Shown here: positions 28,240 through 40,600 of the stretch, in pieces
Layout of the letters: every line of letters starts with the position of its first letter
Position numbering within the stretch: the first letter of the stretch is position 1
The notes under the pieces: model-generated
Databases searched by the model: none
Told to the model about the DNA's origin: nothing
Seen by the model: only the letters and a program-made list of their open reading frames with translations
NCBI RefSeq assembly: GCF_009914755.1
Contig: NC_060934.1
Reading direction: 5' to 3' (one strand)
From: the human T2T-CHM13v2.0 reference genome, Homo sapiens
DNA: 64,000 bases
Position numbers and translations under genes: made by a program

Positions 28240-28730
28240 CAGGGGCTATCAGGAAACAGATGCACACTCAAATTAGGATGCTTTAAGGAGTCCCTTAAAA
28301 TAAATGTGTATCCTGCCCACACCTGCCTTGACTAAGGTGTGGGCAGGGTATACAGAAACTGAAAGGGCTGGTGCAATATCCTGGAGCTGGGATCTCAGTT
28401 CAGGGCTCTTACCATCCCTGGGCCTAAAGGGCAGACAGGAGAGAGTTACCGAATCTGGAAGGAGACAGTCAAGCAGAGAGGTGGCATTGACAGGAGCTGG
28501 GATCTTCAGCTGAGGCATGCAGCCAGCCTGAGATGACCCTGTGAGAACAGAGACAGAGGAATAAATATGCCAGCTTCACTGACCTAGTCTATCAGAGACC
28601 CCATTGACCAGACCCAGCCCAGAGCCAGAGGGGGTGCAGCCTATTACTGTAGGACAGACAGGTCAGTCTCGTGGGGTAGAGAGCGGCATGGAGAGGGGCA
28701 AAGGGTGGATCTGGAGAGGCTGAGAGGAGC
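28240..28730 (-). mobile_element. LTR33-like ERVL LTR
   Basis: CTTACCATCCCTGGGCCTAAAGGGCA...GGTCAGTCTC...GGGTGGATCTGGAGAGG. Confidence 0.6.
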
Positions 28731-28960
28731 CACCTGGGACTGGAGCTGCTCTTACATTCCCTCTGCACCCCGCCTGATGCATTCCTTCTTAAAACTGCTG
28801 CCGTGCAAACATCTTGTCATTTTGCTCTGGAGCACCCATTTGTGGTTGTCACTATTATATATTGCCTGGATCTGTCTTCTGCCAAGCCAGCTTGCAAGCC
28901 CTTAGAGACAGAGATTGTGTCTCTCTTGGATTTACCCACCACCCTGGGGTACATATGTTC

Positions 28961-29124
28961 CAAGTCTCCTTTGGCTTTCTACATGGAAAACCAACCAAGA
29001 AATGAATAAATCCAGTGAATTAGCCACAGGAATCCCACGGCAGGACAAAAGAGAATTATCAGCTGGGAGAGTTGTGGCAAAGAGAGAGTGCCTCCTTCCC
29101 AAGCAGCACAATGTGTATGCAAAA
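28961..29124 (+). repeat. Copy 2 of ~155-bp direct duplication
   Basis: matches 27654-27807 with 4-bp and 6-bp insertions. Confidence 0.9.
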
Positions 29125-29179
29125 CATGTGGACAAGTGCATGTGTGTGTGCTTGCTCATCAGTGAGGAGAGGCCATGTG

Positions 29180-29500
29180 ACGTTGCAAGTAACAAGCACC
29201 CGATCTCAGCAGCGTTGTACAATAAATGTTTTCTTTTGTTCACATTACCTGTCCATTAAGGGTCAGCATGGAGTGGTGTCATAGTTTGGGACCCATGATG
29301 GCTTCGTCTCAACACACACATCCCCAGTACAACAGAAGAGAGAGTATGAAGTGAATTACTCACTGGCCCAATGTGTCCCTTCTGTACACATTTGATGGGC
29401 CAAAGTGGGCTTGTGGCCATGCCTAACTTTCACAGTCAGGGAAGGAAAAGCCTCACACACTCAGAAAGCAGAGAACTAGAAACATTTGGTGAACAGTCTC
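29180..29500 (-). mobile_element. MLT1-type LTR fragment
   Basis: TTGCAAGTAACAAGCACCC...GGCCAAAGTGGGCTTGTGGCCATGCCTAACTT. Confidence 0.55.
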
Positions 29501-31214
29501 CCAAAGTGGCTGAGGTTGGTCTCTACCAGGGAGCCATGGAGGAATGAATAATTTTGAATTAAATGGAACAGTGGGTGTCAATAAAAATTAAACGAATAAA
29601 CAAATCTATGCCTTTTGACATAGTAGTTCAAATCAGTCAACTCAGCAACAGAAAAAACATGAGCAAATCAAGTACCCAGGAATTATAGAAATCAAATGAT
29701 TTGTAAGACACAGACTAGTTTATACTACAAGACCCCATGTCTTGCTGGTTTTAGCATAGCCTATGTTGTTTGACATGAATTGTGCCTGGGATGTGGATTC
29801 TTCATTGGGGGAGAGTCGAATTCTCCCCCAATTCAATTATGTTATGGTTTTCCAGATTCTCATGTCCTTGGCTATTCTTTAAGACTCAGACAGATTGATA
29901 AAGATCTGCTCATTGATCCTGATGCCCTCTGTGGCTCAGCTCCAAAGAGGACATAGCCGCTGCCACACCTGCTTCCCTGCCTTTTGTGGGACATCCCCAT
30001 GCATGGCACTGTGTACTACCCCCAGGCATCAGGTTATAAAATTGCCCTATCCTGAGCCCCTCCCAAATCCCTGGACCTTACAGGAAATCACCTCACCTCA
30101 AAAGTAGAAAAGGGTGAAAAAAACATTTTCAGATCTGGGCAATCACTTTGTTGAAAAAAATTGAAACCAAGTTTTCAGGATTATTTTCAAAAGCAGAAAA
30201 GCATGTTCACTCATCTTCAGAAATTGTCCATACCTAAAAACTGTTTAGGTAGTGATGCAGGTTGGCTGAGTTATCATCAAATTGCCTCAGCCACTTGGCT
30301 TCCCAAAGAAATTGCCTTGAAAAATCATGAAGAGACTGTGACAAAAGATGTAAGAGATGGCAATATTTTTTTAAAAAACAAGATCAAAAAACTACGATAT
30401 CTCTTCTCTGTTCCCTCCTATTTTTAAGTAATCTTTTGCACATCATGAACCCTGAAAGCAAATGCTAATACTGCTTCCTCAGAGTAAATTGTCAAAGTAA
30501 TTTTGATGGCTGGACTTAGGCAGGTGGTTGTTTTATTTACAATGCCAAACCAGATATCCTGGGATAAACACTAATTCATGAGATCTCTAAGCACTTTTGT
30601 GTGCCTAGAAGAGAAACATGAAAATGACCCTGTGACTGAAAATGTGCATGGTCTCAATGAGAAAGTTATTGTCGCAGTAATCTTACAAGCCTATAAAAGT
30701 TGGGTGGCTAGCAGGGTCCTTCCCTGTCTTCTGAGGGGTCTGGGTCAATTCAGCTCTGGGACCTTCTTAAGGGCCCTTTTGAAGTCCTGTCATCTTCAGT
30801 TTTTTTAGCAACTCACATTCTGATATGACCTGCCAGGGAGAGGGTGAAAATGATCAGCAATGGCAACTTCCACTATTATAATTCATTTTCCTGATGGTAA
30901 AACTAGGACATGCTCATTGCAGAGAATTTGGAAAGTATGAAATAAAAAGAAGAAAATAAAAGGTAACCATATTTTCCCACCCACTGATAATCACCATCAA
31001 CTTTCTGATGTCCTTCTCTTCCTTTTTAAGCTTCAGTTTTCCGGGTCTTGATTTTTAAACTATTTCAATCATGCGTTCATCCTTATTTATTGAGAGCATA
31101 CTATTGTTCTGTTCCCGTCATCAGTGATGTAGCGATAGAATAAATAAAGTCCTGTTCTCATGGAGATGAAATAATATCAGAGACAGTTACTAAAATTCAG
31201 AGGGCAGAAAGACC

Positions 31215-32080
31215 ATGGGAAAATCTTCAAACACTTGGAAGTTAAACAGCATACTTCTAAATAATTCATGGGTCAAAGAAGGAGTCTCAAAGGGAATTAA
31301 AAACACATAGAACTCTAAGGTGCAGCTAAAGCAGTGCTGAGAGGAAAATTTATAATACTAAATGCTAACATTAGAAGAGGAAACATCTGAAATCAATAAT
31401 CAAAGTTCTCACTTCATAAAACTAGAAAAATAAGAAGAAAATTATGCCCAAAGCAAGCAGAAGAAAGGAAATAAAAATAAGAGCAGAAATAAATTGAAAA
31501 TAGGAAGATAATAGAGAAAAATCAATAAAACAAAAAGATTGTTCTTCAAAAAAAACCAATAACATTTATACATCTCTAGCAAGACTGACAAAAATAAAAA
31601 GAGAGAAGACATATTACCACAATCTCAGAGTTGAGACAGAGGATATCACTACAAATCCTGCAGTTGCTAAAAATATGATGAGCAGATGCTTTGAACAACT
31701 TTACGCTCATAAATTCAACAACTTAAAAGAAACGGACCAATTCTGTAAATACTGCAACCTATCAAAACCCAACCCAGATGAAACAGACAATCTGAATAGC
31801 TCAAAAACTATGAAAGAAATGGACTTTGTAATTTAAAAAGCTTCAGAGATGGTTTTTCTGGAGAATTCTTAAAAAAAAAAACACGAATTTTACACCATGT
31901 TATTCAGAAACTAGAAGAGAAGGGAATACTTCCCAATTCATTTTATGAAGCTAGTTTAACCTTGATTCCAAAGCCAGATAAAGATTGCACAAGAAAAGAA
32001 AATCACAGACCAGTGTCTCTCATGAACTTAGATGCAAAAATCCTCAACACAATATTAGCAAATCAAATCCAGAGATGAAT
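31215..32080 (+). mobile_element. Decayed L1M ORF2 fragment
   Basis: CACAGACCAGTGTCTCTCATGAACTTAGATGCAAAAATCCTCAACACAATATTAGCAAAT translates [20 protein letters not shown], matching the L1 ORF2 YRPISLMNIDAKILNKILAN motif; no intact ORF. Confidence 0.9.
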
Positions 32081-32310
32081 ACACATACCTAGGGAGGTAG
32101 GGGTGACTTAACAAAATGAGCTAAGACTTCACACTTAGACAGACTTAGTTTCAATTACCAGTTTCCCATGCGATACAATAACTCTCTGAACCTCAGTTTA
32201 CCTATCTGTAATACAGGGGCAACACACATATTTTAGGATTGGTTCATGTATCTAGTAAATGAAATTATATGTCTAAAAAAAGCCAACGGAAGTTATATTA
32301 TTTTGTCATG

Positions 32311-32460
32311 TTTCTTTCTTCTTCTTCTTCTTTTTTTTTTTTGTTGATAGAGATGGGGTTTTGCCATGTTGGCCAGGCTGGTCTCGAACTCCTGAGCTCA
32401 AGTGATCCACTGCCTTGGCTTCCCAAAGGGGATTACAGGTGTGAGCCACCACACCCACCA
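32311..32460 (-). mobile_element. FLAM_C / Alu monomer
   Basis: single antisense left monomer after T-rich tail. Confidence 0.85.
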
Positions 32461-32539
32461 GGTTTTCTCTTATGGAGGAACTAAATGTTACAGCAATACC
32501 TGGTATTTTGTTATGGCAGACAAAGGTGACTAATATAGT

Positions 32540-33075
32540 CATGGCCCTTAAACGTGGCCCATGAGACCCTGCACCTTCTGGCCTCCCCTCTTTCTGATCA
32601 GTACCATGACCTTTCCTCGTGGCCCTCTCCCCCCAGCACCGCAGGCCTCCTTGGTATTCTCTGAATGACATGAGCGCATTCCTACCCCAGGGCCTTTGCA
32701 CTCCCAGCCAGCCTCACTCTTCCTCCATGGAAATTTCCCTCATTTCCTTCAAGCTTTTGTTCAAAAAGCTTCAGCCTTCTCAATGAGGCTGACCCTGAAA
32801 ACTCTTTACAACTCACCTTTCCCCATCGAGCACTTCAACCCCCCCTTACATGTTCTACTAAAAAAAAAAACTTCCCACATATTGGTCACTTCCTAACATA
32901 TGGTATCATGTATTTGTGATATTGTCTATTGCCTGTCACCCTCTGAAAAATGATAAGCTCCAGAAAATCAGGTATACGGGTCTCTGTTTTGTTCACTAAA
33001 TCATTCCAAGTGCCTAGGACTCTGGCTGACACATATTTCCTGCTCCAGAAATATCTCCTGGCTGAGTGAATGAAC
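32540..33075 (+). mobile_element. L2 3' portion
   Basis: CCCAGGGCCTTTGCAC...TTTTGTTCACT...GTGCCTAGGAC...GAGTGAATGAA. Confidence 0.8.
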
Positions 33076-33079
33076 CTCT

Positions 33080-33500
33080 TCCCCCAGCGAGCGAGCCTGT
33101 CGGCCGAGGAGACCACGCCATACCAGGATTTTCCAGCAGGTGGCAGCCGACGCACGCCAGAGACAGCTGGGCGCCTACACTTTGAACTCAAGGTTCTTCC
33201 AATTAAGTGCAAGATAAGGAGCTTGGAGACTCATCGCGTTTGGCTTACTCCTGACGCAGACTTGCACTGGAGGTTGTGTGGAGGGGATGAGCCGGTGAGC
33301 TGATAAAGCCTTTATCTAATACGGGAGACTGTTTACCCACAATTCAGGGGTAAAAAAATGTAAACAGCTGTTGAGAAGAAAGGTCAGAGTCCTCCCACGG
33401 TGGGGAAAAGGGGCAGAAGAAAGCCTGTGGCCACGGATTGGCGTCACTCCTGCAGATGGAAAAGTGACATTGGACAACTACTCAGGGAAAAAGGTGAGCC
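33080..33500. promoter_or_regulatory. CpG-rich candidate enhancer/promoter with CTCF, GATA, NKX, FOX, TCF motifs
   Basis: CCAGCAGGTGGCAGC 33133; CTTTGAA 33180; TTAAGTG 33203; AGATAA 33212; GATAAAG-C-CTTTATC 33302-33316; TGTTTAC 33330; TGTAAACA 33359. Confidence 0.55.
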
Positions 33501-33505
33501 CCTAA

Positions 33506-33879
<374 letters not shown>

Positions 33880-34129
33880 TGAAACCTTGAATCTTCCTGT
33901 GGGCTCCTGCCAAGCTGCCCTCCTCCCGGGTGCTTCTGTTATCCATCCAGTCATGGAATTGAGTTGCAGTGGTAAGGAGCCCTTTAAAAGCCAAGTGCAA
34001 GGTGAACCTGCCTTCCATCAAATTCAGCGTTTAAGTGTGTCCGTTTAGCAGGAGGCTCTGAGGCAGAAATTGCTTGAGAATCTGAGTCTACAGGCCCAGA
34101 ACAATCCATGCCAGCTGATCAACCTAGTA

Positions 34130-34480
34130 ACTACCACAGTGACTACAAGAGCTAGCATTTATTGAGTGCTTCCTGTGTACCAGGCATGTGCTGGATACGT
34201 TTACCTGCACTATCTCATTCATTCTCAGTGCAGAGTTCTGAAGTTCACCCTCTTCTCATCCCCAACTCACAGATGACACAAGAGAGGTTGTCACTAGCCC
34301 AAGGACCCAGTTCGGTGCTCCGAAGCTCACCCTCACCCCTGGAGGGGAGGAATCTGTGAGTTGTGCCCTGGTGACCTGATAGACCTCAGAGAACATCTAG
34401 TCCACCGCTCCGTGTTGACAGATGGGGGAGCTGAGGCCCAGAGAGGGGAAGGGACTGGCCAAGTTTACACAGAAGCCTGC
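34130..34480 (-). mobile_element. Two MIR fragments
   Basis: GCTAGCATTTATTGAGTGCT; ACAGATGGGGGAGCTGAGGCCCAGAGAGG. Confidence 0.75.
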
Positions 34481-34555
34481 CCAGTCCCTGTTCAGAAAGA
34501 GCAACCCAGTGCGCCTTTAACATTCCCAACCAATGTCAGGAGGTCAAGCACAGGC

Positions 34556-34842
34556 TTTTATTATTTATTTCTTTGTTTATTTAGAGACAGGGTCTCTCTC
34601 TGTTGCCCAGGCTGGAGTGCAGTGATACGACCATAGCTCACTGCAGCCTCGAACCCCTGGACTCAAGCAATCCTCCCTCCTCAGCACTCCCCACCCCCAG
34701 TAGCTGGAACTATAGGCATGTGCATCACCGTGTTGTCTTGCTCTGTTGCCCAGGCTGGTCTCGAACTCCTGAGCTCAAGTGATCTTCTCACCTCGACCTC
34801 CCAAAGCGCTGGGATTACAGGTGTGAGCCACCATGCCCGGCC
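34556..34842 (-). mobile_element. AluJ with internal deletion
   Basis: ATAGCTCACTGCAGCCTCGAAC (J-type); TSD CACAGGCTTTTA. Confidence 0.9.
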
Positions 34843-35117
34843 AGTCACAGGCTTTTAGTTTGCTTTCCTCAGATTCCTCATTTGCTTCAGTCCTTGCTGG
34901 CACTGAACACTTTTGCATAAGAGCTTGTGAAAATAACACCACCTCTCTTATTTTAGGAGTTTTATCAACTAGCAGACTGTTCAGCTGGAATCACTGGCCT
35001 CTCATAATGTGAATTCTGGTTTCTGTGGTTATTAGCTGGTGACTTTGGTCAAGCTGGTTTGTTCATTGGTAAAATGGAGGTAGTGGTATATATTCATGAA
35101 AGGCTAGATTCTAAGCC

Positions 35118-35439
35118 AGTGCTGTCCCATGCAAATGTAATGGTAGCCACATACGTAATTTTAAATTTTCTAATAGCCACATCAAAAAAAAAAAAAAAAA
35201 AAAAAAGGTAAAGGGCGAACCAAAGCACACGCCATGATTAATTTTCATAAATTGTTTCATTGAATGCAATAGCTTCCAAATACCATCATTTCAACATCTA
35301 GTCAATATCCAGTTGTTCATGGGATACTTTGTTTCATTTTCACATGAAGTTTTCAAGATGGGGTGTGTGTTTTGCACTTACAGCACATCTCAATTTGGAT
35401 TGGCCACGTGGCAAGGGGCTGCCCTGTGGGACAGGACTG
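35118..35439. mobile_element. MER33 (hAT-Charlie MITE) with expanded A-tract
   Basis: TIRs CAGTGCTGTCCCA / TGGGACAGGACTG; GTAATTTTAAATTTTCTAATAGCCACAT; CACTTACAGCACATCTCAATTTGG. Confidence 0.85.
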
Positions 35440-36289
35440 TTTTCGGCCTCCGTAGCATTTTGAGCACGTAGCTCTGTGCTTTAGGAGGATCTTTGTATCT
35501 ACACCTTGTCTGTAGAGGGTCATCATTTGGGACCCTAACGGAACAGAGATGGCCTTCTTCTTGGCCTAATAAGTCCCCAGTACTCCCCTGTCATCAGCAG
35601 GCCTCTGGGCTGCCTTTGAAAACCTTCCCTTCCCGGATAGGTTTCCTCCAACACCACAGACAGGTCTTTCCCATTCTCTGCAAATATTCACGTCCATTTT
35701 GTCCTTGATGTGGTGGAAGTGTTCTTAACAACTGCACAGCAGACTGAGATACGGTGAGAGAGAGGAATGCAGAGGATATGGGGCGATGGGGGAGGTGGAG
35801 AGATCGCATCCTCCCTCAGGATGGGCTTGGTATTGTGGCAACCTGGGGCTCAGGGCTCTGGTCACTGTGGAATGTTGTCTTTGCTTGCCAGCTTAGAGCC
35901 TCACCTTGCCGCACCCAGCTCAACTCTGTGGCCTCAGTGGAAACACCCTCATTACAGGAGTGCCCCACCTCCGCGACCGCGACTTATATTTGATAATAAG
36001 CAGGTGTAAGGGGGGCAATTGTGCATGGGCAGTGCTCAGAGAAACATGAAAAGGCTCAAACCATGCTTCACCCTCAGGGGCCTGGGCTGGGAGATGGGAG
36101 CCAGCGTCTGCTTGGGTTCTCCTGACAGCAGTGGTCACTGGGGCTCATGGAGAGTGACAAATGCAGGTGGGGTAGCTCAGACACAGGGCTCTGGGCTCTC
36201 CAGTGGGTCTGGGGGTGGCAGAGGCCCCTCTAACTCTCCCGTCACTCCCAGCTCCCAGGCAGTTCCATCCTTTTTATTTTTTCTGGAAG

Positions 36290-36900
36290 GCAGAGGTTGA
36301 TGGCAAGAGCTCTGCATTCAGCCTGCCTTTGTTCACATTCCAGCTCTGCCACATCCTGTGTGGCTTTGGTGAGTGACCCAACCTCTCTCTGCATTGGTGT
36401 CCTCCTCTATGAGTGGGGTGGTAACTCCTTCTCCGGGTTTTCTGAGGAATAAATGAGGCAATAAACAGGAGACTCAGCATCAGACCAGGGTATCATTATT
36501 ATATTTTACAGGGAGAGACCTGGTTCCCAGTACTTTGGCTTGTCCAGAATAGAGGCATCTTTTTTTCCCCAATCAATGTTATAGTTAAAAAATACAATAT
36601 GAATAAAATCTATGCTGATAGAGAACAATCTCCGAGATGTACTCTGAAGTGAAAAAAGCAAAGTGCAGAATAGTGTACAATATAGGCCAACGTGGAGCAT
36701 GGATGTGTGACCTGTGTTTGGGATGGCACAAAAGTTACTGGTAATGGGTGACTGGGAAGGGGAGCCGGGGACAGCGGTGCGAGAGAGCTTGACTTTTCAT
36801 TCTCTAGCCCCTTGTAATATTCCCATTTTACCAGGAGTATGTATTCCTGCTTTTTTTTTTTTCATTTTGAACGTGAATTAATTTTTTCAGTAAAAAAAAA
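36290..36900 (+). mobile_element. MIR then old L1 3' fragment
   Basis: CCAGCTCTGCCAC...CTTTGGTGAGTGACCCAAC; AAGTGAAAAAAGCAAAGTGCAGAATAGTGT. Confidence 0.6.
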
Positions 36901-37149
36901 AACTAATTCAAATATCCTTCCCTACCCCCACCAATGATAAATGGTCATTGTAAAAAATTTCCCAGTTCTGAAGAGAGAGCCTGAAAATGCTGTACCATTT
37001 CATTGCTGGGTGTTAGAGGATCCAGGGTCCCTGCCTGGGAAGTTGGTTTGCTCCGAAATTCGTTTTCCATGTATCACCACTAAAGCATCTGTCAGGGTTT
37101 AACTTGGGCGAGAGGAAAGCACCCAGCAAACACAGCACCACGGCATTTC

Positions 37150-37680
37150 TCTCTCACACGTGCACGCATGCACACACACACACAACCTAAGGACTACACA
37201 TGCAACCCTCAACAACCAAACCACTTCATACCCACATACTAACAAATGAGCCACTTCACCTATCCACATCCAATCCCAAAAGCCCTTTACACCTACAAAC
37301 GCACAACGCCCACCCCAACAACCAAGCACTCCACACACCACAACAACCTTTACACACATGCACCCAATGACCAAAGTACTTTACACATGCAACCCAGAAA
37401 TCAGAAGGGCTTCACACATCTGCCCAATAAGCAAAGCACTTAATATACACACGCACAGAGCTTTACACACATACACACCCCAACCAAAGGGTCCACACAC
37501 ATACTCCAACACCCAAAACACTTCGCACACACACCCACATGCACACCCAAACAGCTTTACTCCTTCAACCAAAGTGCATCATACACAGTCCCCAACAACC
37601 AAAATATTTTACCCCCATGCACCCCGACAGCCAAAGCTCTCCTTACAGACCCCCCTTCAAAAGCCCCAAAGTGCTTCAAT
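37150..37680. repeat. CA-rich degenerate minisatellite (~30-bp period)
   Basis: recurring CAACCAAAG...CTTTACACACAT-like units. Confidence 0.7.
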
Positions 37681-40600
37681 TGGTTTGATGCAGCGGCAGA
37701 TACTTGAACACCAAGACATTAGAATGCAACTTTCTTTTCAGATTAATGAGCAGAAAAAGATTGGAGGAGGGAGGGAGTGAGAATGGCGGGAGAGAGCAAT
37801 TACACCCAAATCTTTTCTCTGTTGATTAGGGATTCCTTCTCTAGCCTGCTTTGGCTCCAGCTAAATCTTTTTCTAATGAGATGTGGCTTATCCAGATCAA
37901 GGCGCTGAGAAAAAAAGTTGCAATTAACTTTAAGAAGAAAAAGAGTGAGTGAGAAAAGGAAGGAAGAGTGGAGGGGGCGGCCAGGGGTTGAGGATGGGGG
38001 CAGGGCCAGGGGCCTGGGCGGGCAGGCTGGGAGGATCCCAGGGTCTGGAGCAGGCTCCCAGCAGGTGGAGAGGCGCAGGCCCGGCTGTGGTTCTGGAGTT
38101 TAGGGAACGGCCCTGTGATGCCTCTGCCAACCTGAGTCAGGCCTCGTGGCCACTTCAGGCTCAAATCAAGGTTTGGGAATGGCGAGTGCCCTCGGGTTTG
38201 GGCTTTCCCGGCTCTGCACCCCCATCCCTGGCAATGGCCTCTCTCCCTTCTGTCTGCCTGCCCTCTGGAGGACATGGGCCCTCCACTGTCCACCCAGAAC
38301 CTCAGGTGGTGTCCGGTCAGCACTGACTCTGCTCTTGGGAGCTGGTGGGTTCAGCAGTCCTCCAGCGGCCAGGAGCCATGGGCTTGACATGTGCCTCAGC
38401 ACTGATGGCTGCTGCTGAGGTCCCCCTGACTTGCCCCACTCTTTCCATCTGGGAGTAAGGTCTTGGGTTATTTTCATGTGAGCCACTTAGAAGGGTGGAC
38501 AGGGCCTAGGACTGAAGGAGACACTTCATGTCGAGATGCTAAAAACACCTCAAGATCCTAGAACTGACACAGATTGACCTTTCTGTGCTTCTCTCTGGAT
38601 AAAATCAAGCTAGACCTAGCTACAGCTGATGAATGGTCACTTCCTCTCTCTGATGCTCAGTTTCTTCACCTGTTCGGAAAACTAAAGAAGTGGGGCAGTG
38701 GATCTCCAGAGTCTCTGCCAACCTGACACCCCCAGATTCAACAGAAGGCACAGACGCAGACTCCACGTGTCCTGATTTGAGTACTCATGGTTCCCTCCCC
38801 GACTCCCAAGCTCTGCTTGGCACATTCGTGGGACACTTACACCTTCCTGAAAGTTGTTATCCGTGCAGAGATTGGTTTTTGCCCTATTTGGCAGGAAATA
38901 TCCAGCAATGCCTGAAGGCAGCTTTCACAAATCTTGAGGTCTCTAACCTGGCGCTTGTGGTGGGGTCTCGGCTAATAACTCGACATCTGTATGCCAGCCG
39001 AGCTGGGGACCCTGAGCCTGGATCAGATGGAGTTAGAATGGGTGGGGTGGATGGCGGGGGGTGCAGGAGTGGGCTGCAGTCTCCCTTCTCTTTGGTCACA
39101 CACAGACACACACAGCCAGGTATGCAGAAGGGGTCTGGGCAGATTGTTTAAAGCTGAAGTCCTTTATTTTCCTACTGACAGCATTTCCTTTTCCCATTCT
39201 ATGGATCTCCCAGTGCAAATTAAAAGGGATTTTGATGGCACGCTGGTGACTCCGTGGGAAAAAGTGAATCTGGGTCTCTGCAACTTGCTTGGCTTCCAAA
39301 GAAGCAGGGCCCTTGCATGTTGGTGGCCACCCACACACGTGGGCTTCCTCATGGGATGTTTGGGTGACCCCTTGCCAAATAAGCCATGGAGATGACCCCA
39401 GGCCTGGGCACAGATGAGCTGGGCCCGTCTTTCCTGTGTCTAAGTTCTAGAGAGGTCACACAAGTCCCCACCTCCAAGCCCCAAGAATTTCTTTTGAGCC
39501 TGGTTCCCGGGTCCCCAGCCAGCCCTCCCTTCTGTCCCTGCCCTCCACAGTGTTAGCTGCTGGAGACAATCTGGGCTTTCTCCTGTCTCTCTCTGGCTGT
39601 CGCCAATGTAATAAGCATATGTGCTAGAAATCCTAGCTGCAGTGCTAAGTTAGAAATTCTTCTTAAACATATAGCAAGGTCAGATGAAGGGAAAAAAAAT
39701 AGAAAACAAAACACAAAACCCCGAAACAGAAATTGGACACAGGAGGGCAGATGCAGACTGAACAGGAAGTGCTGGCCCGAGGCTAAATGAAACAGCTGTC
39801 ACCATTGTTCTGGACTGAAAACTGCCTTTGCAAACTCCATGCGGTCCAGGCTCAGAAAGCAGATGTTAATAATTACAGCACATGAAACGAAGGGCACAGG
39901 ATTAGGCAAGTGACGAAAAAGAAATGGTACCAGTAGATTTATAACTCGCCTAGGCAAATCTGCTTGCTGGTGTGGGGGGTGGGCTGGGCGGCTTCCCTGC
40001 AGAGGCCCCTCCTCAACCCCCTTCCTAGTTTGGCATTTTGGCTTCCGGGATGATCTCAGAATTTGGGGATTGTTTTATGGTGGGGGGCCATGGAGACCCA
40101 TTCAAGCTGCCTTTCCCGGGACCCCATGCCTGCAGGGCCATAGCCGGTTGCCTCTGACCTACAGGAAAAAGGATAAAACCCCTAATGCTCAGCCCAGGTA
40201 CCAAAAGGGGATCTGTGGGCAGAAAATAGTTGGATGGGTTCCTGAAAGCAGGGACTCATGTGGACACAAAGCTGGGCAGCCATTCTTGGAGCTCTTGCTT
40301 TTACCAAAGAGTTCATGTCTAAAATCCAGGAGCTCAAGTTCTTTGCAGCAGAAATTGATTCGCACTTTAAAATCAGCCAGCCCCTAGCGTCTTGGCAAGG
40401 GAGCTCGGGTAGAATGTTGGGACACTTGAAGAAAGTAAGCAAGGCGAGTTTCTTGGGCTAATTACATAAGTAGAAAAGGCAGAGTCTTCACATGTTTTCT
40501 GAACATTCCTCGGTGCTTTTCCATGTGAGCCAGAGTTGTAAAAAACAAAACAAAACAACACACTCACATCTACAAAAATTCCTGCCATCCCACCACCCCC

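Noticed and set aside
31215-32080. Reverse-transcriptase-associated coding sequence
   Set aside because: Decayed L1 ORF2 fragment with stops, frameshifts and deletions.
37358-37780. 140-aa His/Thr/Pro-rich ORF, or a NUMT, in the CA-rich tract
   Set aside because: Low-complexity artefact of a G-poor strand; no mitochondrial gene or tRNA motif recognised.
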